DNA of 24,225 nucleotides from sequence record NZ_CP137227.1; one strand, 5' to 3'. Shown here in pieces: positions 1-9,619 of this stretch. The DNA comes from a plasmid. The notes beneath the pieces were generated by a model. The model was not told the origin of the DNA. It did no database searches and was given only the letters and a program-made list of their open reading frames with translations. The translations under genes were made by a program, and so were the position numbers. Position 1 is the first letter of the stretch; each line of letters opens with the position of its first letter.

Positions 1-720
1 ATGGATAAGTTGCTGAACAAAAAGATAAAAGTTAAGCAGTCTAACGAGCTTACCGAAGCTGCTTACTACCTCTCGCTAAAAGCAAAGCGCGTTCTCTGGT
101 TATGTCTTATGCAGACGTATTTCACAGCTTCAGTAAGCGAAGATGATGATGAGATGGCTGTACTCGGTGACTCTACTTTCAAAGTAAAGGTGGCTGACTA
201 TGAGCAAATTTTTCAGGTAAGCCGTAACCAGGCTATCAAGGATGTTAAAGAAGGCGTGTTTGAGTTAAGCCGTTCTGCGGTAATCTTTTACCCGAAAGAA
301 GGAAGTTTTGACTGCGTCGCGCGCCCCTGGCTAACAGAGGCTGGCAGCCGATCAGCTCGTGGTATCTGGGAAATCGAATTTAACCATAAACTCCTGCGGT
401 ACATTTACGGCCTGACGAACCAGTTCACCACCTACTCGCTCCGCGATTGTGGCAGTCTTCGAAATCCACGGACGATCCGCCTTTATGAAAGTCTTGCTCA
501 ATTCAAATCTTCAGGCTTATGGGTTACTACTCATGCTTGGTTAAATGACCGTTTCCTTTTGCCGGAATCCCAACAGAAGAACTTGGCAGAGTTGAAACGA
601 TCTTTCCTTGATCCTGCACTCAAGCAGATAAATGAGAAAACACCTTTACTTGCTAAGTATAGTATTGATGATTCAGGAAAATTTCTGTTCTCAATAATTG
701 ATAAGCAAAATCCCGTCTGA
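1..720 (+). CDS. repA: Replication initiator RepA of IncN (pKM101/R46-type) replicon, iteron-binding Rep
   Basis: 239-aa ORF starting at window position 1 with no competing frame. Followed directly by 37-bp iterons, as in the IncN basic replicon. The sequence is recalled as IncN RepA; this is not database-verified. Confidence 0.8.
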   Translation: MDKLLNKKIKVKQSNELTEAAYYLSLKAKRVLWLCLMQTYFTASVSEDDDEMAVLGDSTFKVKVADYEQIFQVSRNQAIKDVKEGVFELSRSAVIFYPKEGSFDCVARPWLTEAGSRSARGIWEIEFNHKLLRYIYGLTNQFTTYSLRDCGSLRNPRTIRLYESLAQFKSSGLWVTTHAWLNDRFLLPESQQKNLAELKRSFLDPALKQINEKTPLLAKYSIDDSGKFLFSIIDKQNPV

Positions 721-723
721 CAT

Positions 724-770
724 AAATCAGCACACATGAGCCTGTCATTTGACAAATTTTTGTCATGAAG
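724..770. promoter_or_regulatory. Short inverted repeat TGTCA-TT-TGACA and TGTCATG between repA stop and first iteron; possible Rep/host-factor site
   Basis: tgtcatttgacaaatttttgtcatg is read directly. Function not established. Confidence 0.2.
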
Positions 771-773
771 ATG

Positions 774-1082
774 GGCGAATTTCCACACAGCACCGGCGCC
801 CGGCAAGGTGGGCGGATTCCCACACGGCACCGGCGCCCGGCAAGGTGGGCGGATTCCCACACGGCACCGGCGCCCGGCAAGGTGGGCGGATTTCCACACG
901 GCACCGGCACCCGGCAAGGTGGGCGGATTCCCACACGGCACCGGCGCCCGGCAAGGTGGGCGGATTTCCACACAGCACCGGCGCCCGGCAAGGTGGGTGG
1001 ATTCCCACACGGCACCGGCGCCCGGTAAGGTGGGCGGATTTCCACACGACAGCGGCGCCCGGCAAGATGGGCGGATTCCCAT
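774..1082. repeat. oriV iteron array: 8 tandem 37-bp direct repeats (unit GGCGGATTCCCACACGGCACCGGCGCCCGGCAAGGTG) plus a partial 9th
   Basis: The CAAGGTGGG motif recurs at a strict 37-bp period (803, 840, 877, 914, 951, 988, with degenerate copies at 1025 and 1062). It lies immediately downstream of repA, as in IncN oriV. The six-frame ORFs covering it (531..1082, 653..1273, 749..1294 and others) are repeat artefacts. Confidence 0.85.
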
Positions 1083-1094
1083 ATCGACATGTAT

Positions 1095-1432
1095 GTAGCT
1101 TGTGTTATCCGTGGATTGTGCAGCTCAGCGGGTCGCTGGTCGTATGGCGTAGTGTCCCCCGTAACCGGCCGCGTGCGGCCGCTAACTCGCAGTACGGCGC
1201 CGCGACCCGAAGGCGGGCCGCCGTTCCCGCGCGCAGGCGCGCGGCGCCCACTGCGCACCCCCGTGGGGGACATACGGCAGCTGTGTGGCGGTGAGCGGGA
1301 TTAGGGCTTTGCAGGGAGGGGGCTGGGTCGGGCGATACGTTCAGCATTGCGGTTTCCGGCGATTTGCGGCCGGTGCCCGTTTAACTCCGGCGTGGTCGCC
1401 TTCCATGCCCTGACGGCATAAGAAAATAAAAC
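1095..1432. repeat. CUP0: divergent (~85% identity) inverted copy of the CUP GC-rich body, lacking the promoter end
   Basis: By eye, 1098-1430 aligns to the reverse complement of 17120-17460 and 18350-18690. Shared blocks include tgtgttatccgtggattgtgcagctcagcgg, cccccgtaaccggccgc...gctaactcgcagtacggcgccgcgacccg, cgcgcgcaggcgcgcggcgcccactgcgcacccccgtggggga and catgccctgacggcat. The TTGACT/GATAAT promoter end is not conserved. Confidence 0.7.
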
Positions 1433-1449
1433 CGCCATGCTGCGGTCAT

Positions 1450-2019
1450 TCATGATTTTGTGGTGTAGCGATAAATAGTCATGCGAGAAACGTTGAAGCG
1501 CTTAGCAACTGCACCAACTGTCATTTCAGGATCAGCAAGTAAGATTCTAATTTGTTTAACATCTTCTTCAGAAAGTGACGGTTTTCTCCCTCCCACACGG
1601 CCCCTTGCGCGTGCAGCTGCAAGGCCTGAGCGCGTTCTTTCAATATTGCGGTTGCGTTCAAAGCTAGAGAATATCGCCATCAGATGAGTATAGATTTCCC
1701 CTATAACTGGCGCATTTGTGTCTATTCTGTCCTTGATGGCTATGAAAGTTATTCCGCGTTTCTTCAGGTCGTCGAGTAAAGTAATGACTTGACCCAATGA
1801 ACCGCCGAGCCGATCTAGTGCCCAAACTACTAGGGTATCTCCCTCGCGCAATGCTTTCAGGCAGTTCTCCAGTTCCGGCGCACCTTTTTTGTCGCGCTTT
1901 GGGCCGCTACGTGAGGTCTGATCCTGATAGATTTGCTCACATCCAGCTTTTGTTAGTTCGTCAACCTGGTGCGCCACATCCTGAAGATGCGTAGATTTAC
2001 GTGCATAGCCGATTTTCAT
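1450..2019 (-). CDS. resP: Serine recombinase (resolvase), IncN resP-type
   Basis: 189-aa protein. The N-terminal MKIGYARKST motif carries the catalytic Ser, there is a C-terminal HTH, and the size is typical of resolvases. The resP name is from memory of IncN annotation. Confidence 0.75.
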   Translation of the reverse strand: MKIGYARKSTHLQDVAHQVDELTKAGCEQIYQDQTSRSGPKRDKKGAPELENCLKALREGDTLVVWALDRLGGSLGQVITLLDDLKKRGITFIAIKDRIDTNAPVIGEIYTHLMAIFSSFERNRNIERTRSGLAAARARGRVGGRKPSLSEEDVKQIRILLADPEMTVGAVAKRFNVSRMTIYRYTTKS

Positions 2020-2284
2020 TCTTTTCTCGCTAATTAGTTATGGGGTTATTGTTATGTTGATACAGTAACGAGTTTTGTTACATGAGGGGAGTCATTTTTC
2101 GGGAGAAGTCAGGACTTTTCAAGACTGTCACAAAAACCATCGTTTTTGATACATTAATTTAACCAATAGGTTGCAGATCAAATCGCCTGTAACAGCCTTT
2201 CTGGCTGTTTGTCGTTTTCAGAAGACGGCTGCACTGAACGTCAGAAGCCGACTGCACTATAGCAGCGGAGGGGTTGGATCCATC

Positions 2285-3497
<1,213 letters not shown>

Positions 3498-3514
3498 TAC
3501 GCCTATTTTTATAG

Positions 3515-4595
3515 GTGTCTGGACTCGTGGGATCATGTACCCATGCGTAGCTGGCCGCTCTTCAAGGCCAGACACGTTTTGCGTACACTGTTCCAATCCG
3601 ACTCTTCACTGGCAACTCGATGACCCAGGCACTGCACAGCCAAGCCCGTACTACCCACCTGATCCGTGAGGAAATCAGGAACTCGACGCTCCCGCAGGCC
3701 GAACTGGCCAGGATGTACAACGTCACCCGCCAAACCATCCGAAAGTGGCAAAACCGCGAGTCTCCTGAAGACAAGTCGCATGCGCCGAACAAGATGTACA
3801 CGACGCTCACGCCCGAGCAGGAGCTCATCGTGGTGGAGCTGCGCAAGACGTTGCTGCTGCCCACGGACGACCTGCTGGCGGTCACGCGCGAGTTCATCAA
3901 TCCAGCCGTCTCGCGTGCCGGCCTGGGACGTTGCCTGCGCCGCCACGGTGTCTCGGATCTACGTAACCTGGTCGAGCAGGAAGGCACTGCGCCCGCCACG
4001 AAAAAGACCTTCAAGGACTACGAGCCGGGCTTTGTGCACATCGACATCAAGTACCTGCCGCAGATGCCCGACGAGACGGCAAGGCGCTATCTCTTCGTTG
4101 CCATCGACCGTGCTACGCGCTGGGTCTTCATCGAGCTCTATGCCGACCAGACCGATGGCAGCAGTGGCGACTTCCTCAACAAAGTCCAGCAAGCCTGTCC
4201 CGTCAAGATCGTCAAGCTTCTGACCGACAACGGCAGCCAGTTCACCGACCGCTTCACGGCTGGCGGCAAGAAGAAGGAACCCAGCGGCACACACGTGTTC
4301 GACCGCCTGTGCAAGCAGCTCGGCATCGAGCACCGGCTCATCCCGCCTCGTCATCCGCAGACCAACGGCATGGTGGAGCGCTTCAACGGTCGTATCAGCG
4401 ACATCGTCAACCAGACCCGTTTTGGTTCAGCTGCCGAACTGGAATCGACGCTGCGCAATTACGTCAAGATCTACAACCACAGCATTCCGCAACGCGCGCT
4501 CCAACACAAAACACCCGTTCAGGCGCTCAAGGAATGGCATGAAAAACGCCCTGAATTGTTCAGGAAACGCGTGTATAACCAGCCGGGTCTTGACA
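3515..4595 (+). mobile_element. ISKpn27-like insertion sequence (IS481 family), 1081 bp, inserted in the Tn3 tnpR-bla intergenic region with 5-bp TATAG target duplication
   Basis: Tn3 sequence ctatttttatag|...|gttaatgtcatgataataatgg is interrupted. TATAG is present at 3510-3514 and at 4596-4600. The element ends TGTCTGGACTCG...CCGGGTCTTGACA form imperfect TGT..ACA IRs. An internal 326-aa DDE/rve-type transposase is present. Confidence 0.8.
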
Positions 4596-4600
4596 TATAG
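3620..4600 (+). CDS. ISKpn27 transposase (DDE integrase-type, 326 aa)
   Basis: ORF with an rve-like core (IDIKYLP...FVAIDRATRW...LTDNGSQFTD...HPQTNGMVERFN). Its last codon and TAG stop (4595-4600) extend into the duplicated target TATAG. Confidence 0.8.
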   Translation: MTQALHSQARTTHLIREEIRNSTLPQAELARMYNVTRQTIRKWQNRESPEDKSHAPNKMYTTLTPEQELIVVELRKTLLLPTDDLLAVTREFINPAVSRAGLGRCLRRHGVSDLRNLVEQEGTAPATKKTFKDYEPGFVHIDIKYLPQMPDETARRYLFVAIDRATRWVFIELYADQTDGSSGDFLNKVQQACPVKIVKLLTDNGSQFTDRFTAGGKKKEPSGTHVFDRLCKQLGIEHRLIPPRHPQTNGMVERFNGRISDIVNQTRFGSAAELESTLRNYVKIYNHSIPQRALQHKTPVQALKEWHEKRPELFRKRVYNQPGLDI

Positions 4601-4763
4601 GTTAATGTCATGATAATAATGGTTTCTTAGACGTCAGGTGGCACTTTTCGGGGAAATGTGCGCGGAACCCCTATTTGTTTATTTTTCTAAATACATTCAA
4701 ATATGTATCCGCTCATGAGACAATAACCCTGATAAATGCTTCAATAATATTGAAAAATGACTT
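4601..4763 (+). promoter_or_regulatory. Tn3 blaTEM promoter/leader remnant (blaTEM CDS deleted)
   Basis: gttaatgtcatgataataatggtttcttagacgtcaggtggcacttttcggggaaatgtgcgcggaacccctatttgtttatttttctaaatacattcaaatatgtatccgctcatgagacaataaccctgataaatgcttcaataatattgaaaaa is the classic Tn3/pBR322 bla upstream region. It stops before the bla start codon. Confidence 0.85.
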
Positions 4764-4801
4764 CTTAACGTGAGTTTTCGTTCCACTGAGCGTCAGACCC
4801 C
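4764..4801 (-). repeat. 38-bp Tn3-family terminal inverted repeat copy (GGGGTCTGACGCTCAGTGGAACGAAAACTCACGTTAAG on minus strand)
   Basis: cttaacgtgagttttcgttccactgagcgtcagacccc is read directly. It is identical to the Tn3 IR as found downstream of bla in pBR322-type vectors. Confidence 0.85.
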
Positions 4802-4875
4802 TAATCCCAGCTGTAGCGGCCTGATTACATCCGGCCGCTACACCTAGCTCCACCTTCAAACAAGGAATATCGTTG

Positions 4876-5757
4876 ATGTCACTGTATCGCCGTCTAGTTC
4901 TGCTGTCTTGTCTCTCATGGCCGCTGGCTGGCTTTTCTGCCACCGCGCTGACCAACCTCGTCGCGGAACCATTCGCTAAACTCGAACAGGACTTTGGCGG
5001 CTCCATCGGTGTGTACGCGATGGATACCGGCTCAGGCGCAACTGTAAGTTACCGCGCTGAGGAGCGCTTCCCACTGTGCAGCTCATTCAAGGGCTTTCTT
5101 GCTGCCGCTGTGCTGGCTCGCAGCCAGCAGCAGGCCGGCTTGCTGGACACACCCATCCGTTACGGCAAAAATGCGCTGGTTCCGTGGTCACCCATCTCGG
5201 AAAAATATCTGACAACAGGCATGACGGTGGCGGAGCTGTCCGCGGCCGCCGTGCAATACAGTGATAACGCCGCCGCCAATTTGTTGCTGAAGGAGTTGGG
5301 CGGCCCGGCCGGGCTGACGGCCTTCATGCGCTCTATCGGCGATACCACGTTCCGTCTGGACCGCTGGGAGCTGGAGCTGAACTCCGCCATCCCAGGCGAT
5401 GCGCGCGATACCTCATCGCCGCGCGCCGTGACGGAAAGCTTACAAAAACTGACACTGGGCTCTGCACTGGCTGCGCCGCAGCGGCAGCAGTTTGTTGATT
5501 GGCTAAAGGGAAACACGACCGGCAACCACCGCATCCGCGCGGCGGTGCCGGCAGACTGGGCAGTCGGAGACAAAACCGGAACCTGCGGAGTGTATGGCAC
5601 GGCAAATGACTATGCCGTCGTCTGGCCCACTGGGCGCGCACCTATTGTGTTGGCCGTCTACACCCGGGCGCCTAACAAGGATGACAAGCACAGCGAGGCC
5701 GTCATCGCCGCTGCGGCTAGACTCGCGCTCGAGGGATTGGGCGTCAACGGGCAGTAA
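4876..5757 (+). CDS. blaKPC-2: Class A carbapenemase KPC; sequence matches KPC-2 as remembered (His at the KPC-3-discriminating position, KDDKHSEAV; omega-loop ...[12 protein letters not shown] wild type)
   Basis: 293-aa [30 protein letters not shown]...GLGVNGQ with the SSFK active-site motif. The ORF-track start at 4873 is an upstream TTG; ATG is at 4876. The ~75 bp upstream is the Tn4401-type blaKPC leader. Confidence 0.9.
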
Positions 5758-6006
5758 GGCTCTGAAAATCATCTATTGGCCCACCACCGCCGCCCTTGCG
5801 GGCGGCATGGATTACCAACCACTGTCACATTTAGGCTAGGAGTCTGCGCGGCAGAGCCGTGTGACCGGTTTTCTGTAGAGCACTGACGATGGCGGCGGCG
5901 CTCTCTGCAATTGGCAAGGCGTCGGCGCCAAGGATACCAATCTTGCGGCGCGCGGCGTGTTATGACGACTGGGGTGCATTTGAGCCGCCCCATTTAACCT
6001 TCGCCC

Positions 6007-7065
6007 TCACAGATACGCCATTCGCCTCAGATTTAGCGCCATGCAGACGAGCTTCCACTCGGCTTGCACCTTGTCCAGGCCCCTCATGCTGAACTGACGC
6101 AATCCCATCACCGCCTTGATCCAACCATTCGGAGCCTCCACGATCGACTTGCGCCGGCGGTAAGCTGCATCGCCTTGCTCCGTTTTCAATTTCGCCGCAA
6201 TCGCCGCCGTATGCGGATGGGTCTTGGCATTGACCTTGGCATCTTCACGTCCCTCGCGGCCGAGGGCAACGATGACATCGCCGTGGTGATCGGCGACCTT
6301 TGCCAGAACAGCCTCACTACGGAATCCCGCATCCGCCAGCGTCTGGGCCGGCATTTCTCCGGTGTTGGCCTGAACTGCTGCCAGCATGCCCAGCAGCGCC
6401 TGACTGTCCGCGGCGCAGTTGGTCAACTCCGCCGCCACGATGATCTGGTGCTCGGCATCGACCGCTGTGTACCCGTTGTAGCTCTGCTCGGAGCCACCAC
6501 CGGCGTGTTTCATGATCCGGCTGTCCGGATCGGTGAAGCTTTCCTGATCACGGTCATCCGGCACACCAAACTCGCGTTTGTACGAGCCACCGCCCTTGTC
6601 CGAGCCATCCGGATGGCGAGGCCGGCGGCCATCGTCTTCGCTGCGCCCCCGGGCCTGGTCCGCTTCACGCTGGCGCGCTTCCAGGCGCGCCTTTGCCGCC
6701 TGGATCGCCTCCAGGCGCTTCTCGCGGCGAGAAATCTCGGCAGGAATGTCCAGCTCCGGCTCGTTACGCTCCTGGTCGTCGGTAGCCTTGGCGCGATCAA
6801 GCAGCGCCTTGATCTCGCAATGCAATTCGTCCTCGGCCGGCTTCATGCGCTTATAGCTCATCGCCTTGTGGTCGCCATGTTTGGCGGCTTCGTATTCAGG
6901 TTCTTTAGAGAGATCCTTTAGATCGCCGTTCCTCACTACTGCCGGGAAGTCTCCCCAGGGAGCACGTTCGGCCTTATGTTCGGTCATGGTTTCAATCCCG
7001 GTCAGCGTCCCATATAGCCCCGAAACCTGCCAGGTGGGCCAAGATAGACCAGGCACCATAAGCAA
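6007..7065 (-). pseudogene. Truncated ISKpn6 transposase (IS1182 family), N-terminal portion missing
   Basis: The ORF is read as the C-terminal ~350 aa of the Tn4401 ISKpn6 transposase, on the opposite strand downstream of blaKPC. The reading frame runs without a genuine start into korC DNA. The true junction lies around 6990-7065. Confidence 0.65.
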
Positions 7066-7303
7066 TAGGGCTAGGGTTGGTTTTGCTCACCCAACGCCTG
7101 AAGGTTCGGGTTCCCTTTCCGCTGCCTCTCTCACCAGGCAAACCAACGAGATCAGCGACATCAACGCCACTGAGAGGCTTACTAAGCCCTTTTCGTTGCC
7201 TAATCAGCTCCAACACCTCTTTGATTTCATCGGCGGTTGGAGCCTGCCAATCTTCAGCGAACGGCCTAAGCGTTTCAGGTCTAATCATGCGATAAATCCT
7301 CAA
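6992..7303 (-). CDS. korC: KorC-like transcriptional repressor of the blaKPC platform (korC-orf-klcA block)
   Basis: 103-aa ORF in the conserved position between truncated ISKpn6 and klcA in NTE-KPC / Tn6296-type structures. Identified by context and recalled annotation. Confidence 0.55.
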   Translation of the reverse strand: MRIYRMIRPETLRPFAEDWQAPTADEIKEVLELIRQRKGLSKPLSGVDVADLVGLPGERGSGKGTRTFRRWVSKTNPSPIAYGAWSILAHLAGFGAIWDADRD

Positions 7304-7305
7304 AT

Positions 7306-7327
7306 AGCCCCGGTCAATGCCGGGGCT
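7306..7327 (+). terminator. Hairpin GCCCCGG-tcaatg-CCGGGGC followed by TTTTTT on plus strand
   Basis: Read directly. A near-twin hairpin at 7591-7612 (GCCCCGG-ccatca-CCGGGGC + TTTCTGTT) flanks the other side of the 51-aa orf. Confidence 0.5.
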
Positions 7328-7333
7328 TTTTTA

Positions 7334-7489
7334 TCAATGGGTAACGGTCGCGGCGGCCTCCCGATACGCCTTCAGTTCAATCAAGAGCAAGCCAAGCTCC
7401 CGCATCTTCATGCGCGGCATATGAACGGGGCGGCGGGCCGTCAGAGCGTCGCCAATGTGTTTTGCAAGTGATACAATATCCGTATTCAT
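7334..7489 (-). CDS. Small hypothetical protein (51 aa, MNTDIVSLAKHIGDALTARRPVHMPRMKMRELGLLLIELKAYREAAATVTH) between korC and klcA
   Basis: Hand-translated; below the ORF-track size cutoff. It corresponds to the orf usually drawn between korC and klcA. Flanked by two CCCCGG-stem hairpins. Confidence 0.4.
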   Translation of the reverse strand: MNTDIVSLAKHIGDALTARRPVHMPRMKMRELGLLLIELKAYREAAATVTH

Positions 7490-7616
7490 CGCGTTTATCC
7501 TCAAATTGACCGGTGAAAGCCCCTGTGATTGGTTGCAGCCATACCAGGGGCACCATTTCTTTTTCTACCTATGCACCTCCTTTAAGAGCCCCGGCCATCA
7601 CCGGGGCTTTCTGTTG

Positions 7617-8042
7617 CTAGTCTATTGCGGCCAAGATGGCCTCTTTTTCGTCATGCTCACAAGCCCAATCCCGCAAGCTGTGATACAGCCTTGAAAACCG
7701 CTCCTGGTCAGCGCCTTCTGTGTGAAATGACAGATGGCTATAGAGGTAGAGGCAAGCGGTAATCCCGGCAGCATCGGCGCTCATTTGGCCACTAAAGTAG
7801 TTCATGGCCTCGATGTTCAGCATTTCATCACGACGCCCAGGAGCCATATAAAAGCCGCCGTTCGACAGCTCCCACATAAGCCAATAAGCCCCGCGATACT
7901 CGCGGCAGAGCCCTTTCATTTGCTGGTAAAGCATCGACTCGAAAACCACATAGAAACGGCCTACATAGCGGGGCATTGCAGCCATACGGCGAGGGGTGGC
8001 GACCAGGGAGCAGATCAGGGGATTAAGTTCTGTTTGCATCAT
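7617..8042 (-). CDS. klcA: Antirestriction protein KlcA (ArdB family, 141 aa)
   Basis: Size and motifs are shared with the backbone ArdB at 19835..20260 (GxYWxxWELSNGGFYMAP / ...AID C-terminus). It sits in the canonical KPC-platform position. Confidence 0.8.
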   Translation of the reverse strand: MMQTELNPLICSLVATPRRMAAMPRYVGRFYVVFESMLYQQMKGLCREYRGAYWLMWELSNGGFYMAPGRRDEMLNIEAMNYFSGQMSADAAGITACLYLYSHLSFHTEGADQERFSRLYHSLRDWACEHDEKEAILAAID

Positions 8043-8095
8043 CGGAGTTCTCCGGTATTGACCGTGGCGGGTGCCCGGCCTTCTGAGATATATAA

Positions 8096-8112
8096 TAGGC
8101 CATTTTGGCCTA
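8096..8112. promoter_or_regulatory. 17-bp perfect palindrome TAGGCCATTTTGGCCTA between -35 TTGACA and -10 of the klcA promoter; KorC-operator-like
   Basis: Read directly. A second imperfect copy TAGGCCAAATCGGCCTA lies at 8139-8155 and a third, TAGGCCAAAATGGCCTA, at 8486-8502. Their architecture resembles the RK2 KorC operator TAGGGCATAATGCCCTA, recalled from memory. Confidence 0.5.
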
Positions 8113-8152
8113 TTGTGTCAAGCGGGTACAATAAAAAATAGGCCAAATCGGC

Positions 8153-8431
8153 CTACTTTTTTTCTCTCCAACTGAGCCACATTTTATTCAGCTCCAGGCT
8201 GCGGGCTGGCCAATCTGGCAGATTCACCGCATGGGCGCGGTAGTTGATCCGAGTATTCAGAGTGCAACGGGGAAAGGGGTTGGCCACCTTGCAGTAACGA
8301 TAAAACAGACCGACGAGGCGAGCACCGTAACGATCACGCTCCCAGGTCAAAACGTTGTGCATATGCTCGCGGCGTTCGCGTATCCATTCTCGATAGAGTT
8401 GGTGAAAGGTGCGGTTAGCTGTGTGGATCAT
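8153..8431 (-). CDS. Hypothetical protein (92 aa) of the KPC platform, upstream of klcA
   Basis: ORF with its own promoter: -35 TTGCCA, an 18-bp spacer containing the palindrome, and -10 TATAAT. Its 45-nt leader is identical to klcA's (ccgggcacccgccacggtcaataccggagaactccgATGAT). Confidence 0.5.
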   Translation of the reverse strand: MIHTANRTFHQLYREWIRERREHMHNVLTWERDRYGARLVGLFYRYCKVANPFPRCTLNTRINYRAHAVNLPDWPARSLELNKMWLSWREKK

Positions 8432-8595
8432 CGGAGTTCTCCGGTATTGACCGTGGCGGGTGCCCGGTCTTCTTAATTAAGATTATAGGCCAAAATGGCC
8501 TACTATGGCAAGAAAAAGCGCGCTCTACGTTAAAAAAATCACGTAGTCGCGGGGGATTGCCGCCAAGATTTCGCATAGCGTCGCCTGATTTCGTA

Positions 8596-8833
8596 CGTAC
8601 GAAATGGGCCACCTGGTCGAGCTGCTGCCGATGCCTGGTGAGTTGGCCACCTGGTTGATTTCCTTCTGGCGTCCAGATCTGAACTTGGCCACCTGGTCGA
8701 GCTGCTGCCGGTGCCTGGTAAGTTGGCCACCTGGTTGATTTCCTTCTGGCGTCCAGATCTGAACTTGGCCACCCGGTCGAGCTGCTGCCGGTGCCTGGTA
8801 AGTTGGCCACCTGGTCGAACTGCTGCCGGATCT
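8596..8833. repeat. ~90-bp tandem repeat x2.7 (unit contains two TTGGCCACCTGGT sub-repeats); iteron-like
   Basis: Three near-identical units are read directly. The ORFs 8415..8810 and 8539..8772 (both minus strand) are repeat artefacts. Confidence 0.8.
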
Positions 8834-8964
8834 AAAGGTGGAATATTAAGCAGGTAGTGATAGACTGAGATCCAGCATGGCTATACGCCTGCTAACCCCT
8901 CAAAAGAAAGCAGCCTCTAGGGCTGCCATCCGTTACGAAATCTCACTCACTTTGAAATAGCCAT

Positions 8965-9581
8965 CTAAACGGCTTTACACCTGGCCGCCTGAAGGGCAAC
9001 CGCTGAGGCTTCGCCATTAGTAATAGGGGAGGGACTTGTCTCACTGTTTTGTTGAGGTGAAGGCTTGCCCAGGCGATACCATTTAGCCCGGCTCATGCCC
9101 ATAGCTTCCCAGGGCTTTTGCCTGCTCAATGAGTTGGCTTCATAGGCTTCACGCTCAAGCTGGCCAGCGGCGCGGCGACGTTCTTCATCACGCAGTCTAT
9201 CGCGCTCTCTGCGGCGCTTCTGAGCCTCGTCAGTGCTGATAATCGTCTTCAGTTGCTCTTGTTCTTGCTGTGAGATCTGGAATAGGTTGATCAGCGTGTC
9301 GTTTTTGGGCGTGTATAGCGGTGCAAACGACTTTCCGCCGAACTCGACACGTTCCCCAGCCTCATAGGATTTCGCCTTGCTGTAGAGCGTCATAAGCTCT
9401 TTGGAGCGGTAAGACCAACGAGTATCCAGCTCGGAGGAAAGAGCGGCGGCCTCATGGTACATCTGGGCGCTGTTTGTTGCCCCGGAGAGAAGGAGAAAGT
9501 TAAGACGCCAGAAAAGATGCCTCATTCGCTCGCCTTCGTTGATTCCACCTCTGAGCTGGCCCAACTTGCGTAGGTCTTCCA
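8965..9581 (-). pseudogene. 5'-truncated replication-protein-like gene (the 'truncated repB' of the KPC platform); frame runs open into the Tn1721 IR
   Basis: 199-aa ORF with an Arg/Glu-rich stretch (RRRERDRLRDEERRR). The apparent start at 9564 is TTG, and the frame continues upstream into the IR, so the native N-terminus is missing. Rep identity is from recalled annotation only. Confidence 0.4.
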
Positions 9582-9619
9582 GGGGGAACCGCAGAATTCG
9601 GAAAAAATCGTACGCTAAG
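9582..9619 (+). repeat. 38-bp Tn1721/Tn21-subgroup terminal inverted repeat GGGGGAACCGCAGAATTCGGAAAAAATCGTACGCTAAG, res-proximal
   Basis: Read directly. Its partner (GGGGAGCCCGCAGAATTCGGAAAAAATCGTACGCTAAG on the minus strand) is at 13500-13537. Confidence 0.85.

Noticed and set aside
531-1347. Multiple overlapping ORFs on both strands (531..1082, 653..1273, 749..1294, 763..1065, 765..1028, 808..1098, 1089..1304, 1105..1347) encoding Pro/Gly/Arg-rich repetitive proteins
   Set aside because: They lie entirely within the 37-bp iteron array and the GC-rich inverted CUP copy. The periodic amino-acid repeats mirror the DNA repeat, and no RBS or independent support exists.
4764-4801. Possibility that the Tn3 38-bp IR plus distant Tn3-family IRs define an intact Tn4401 or an active Tn3-family transposon carrying blaKPC
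   Set aside because: No cognate Tn3/Tn4401 tnpA lies within these boundaries, and Tn3 tnpR is truncated by IS26. The structure is a mosaic of fragments, not an intact unit transposon.
6064-6921. 285-aa and other ORFs (6510..6800, 6578..6856, 6866..7471) overlapping the ISKpn6 remnant
   Set aside because: They are antisense to, or overlap, the IS1182-family transposase fragment and have no RBS. I treat them as chance ORFs in GC-rich DNA.
7734-8141. 135-aa plus-strand ORF
   Set aside because: It is antisense to klcA and runs through the KorC-operator palindromes, with no start context.
8415-8810. ORFs 8415..8810 and 8539..8772 with repeated peptide motifs; a CRISPR array was also considered
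   Set aside because: They are translation artefacts of the 90-bp tandem repeat. The repeat units are contiguous with no unique spacers, so this is not a CRISPR array.
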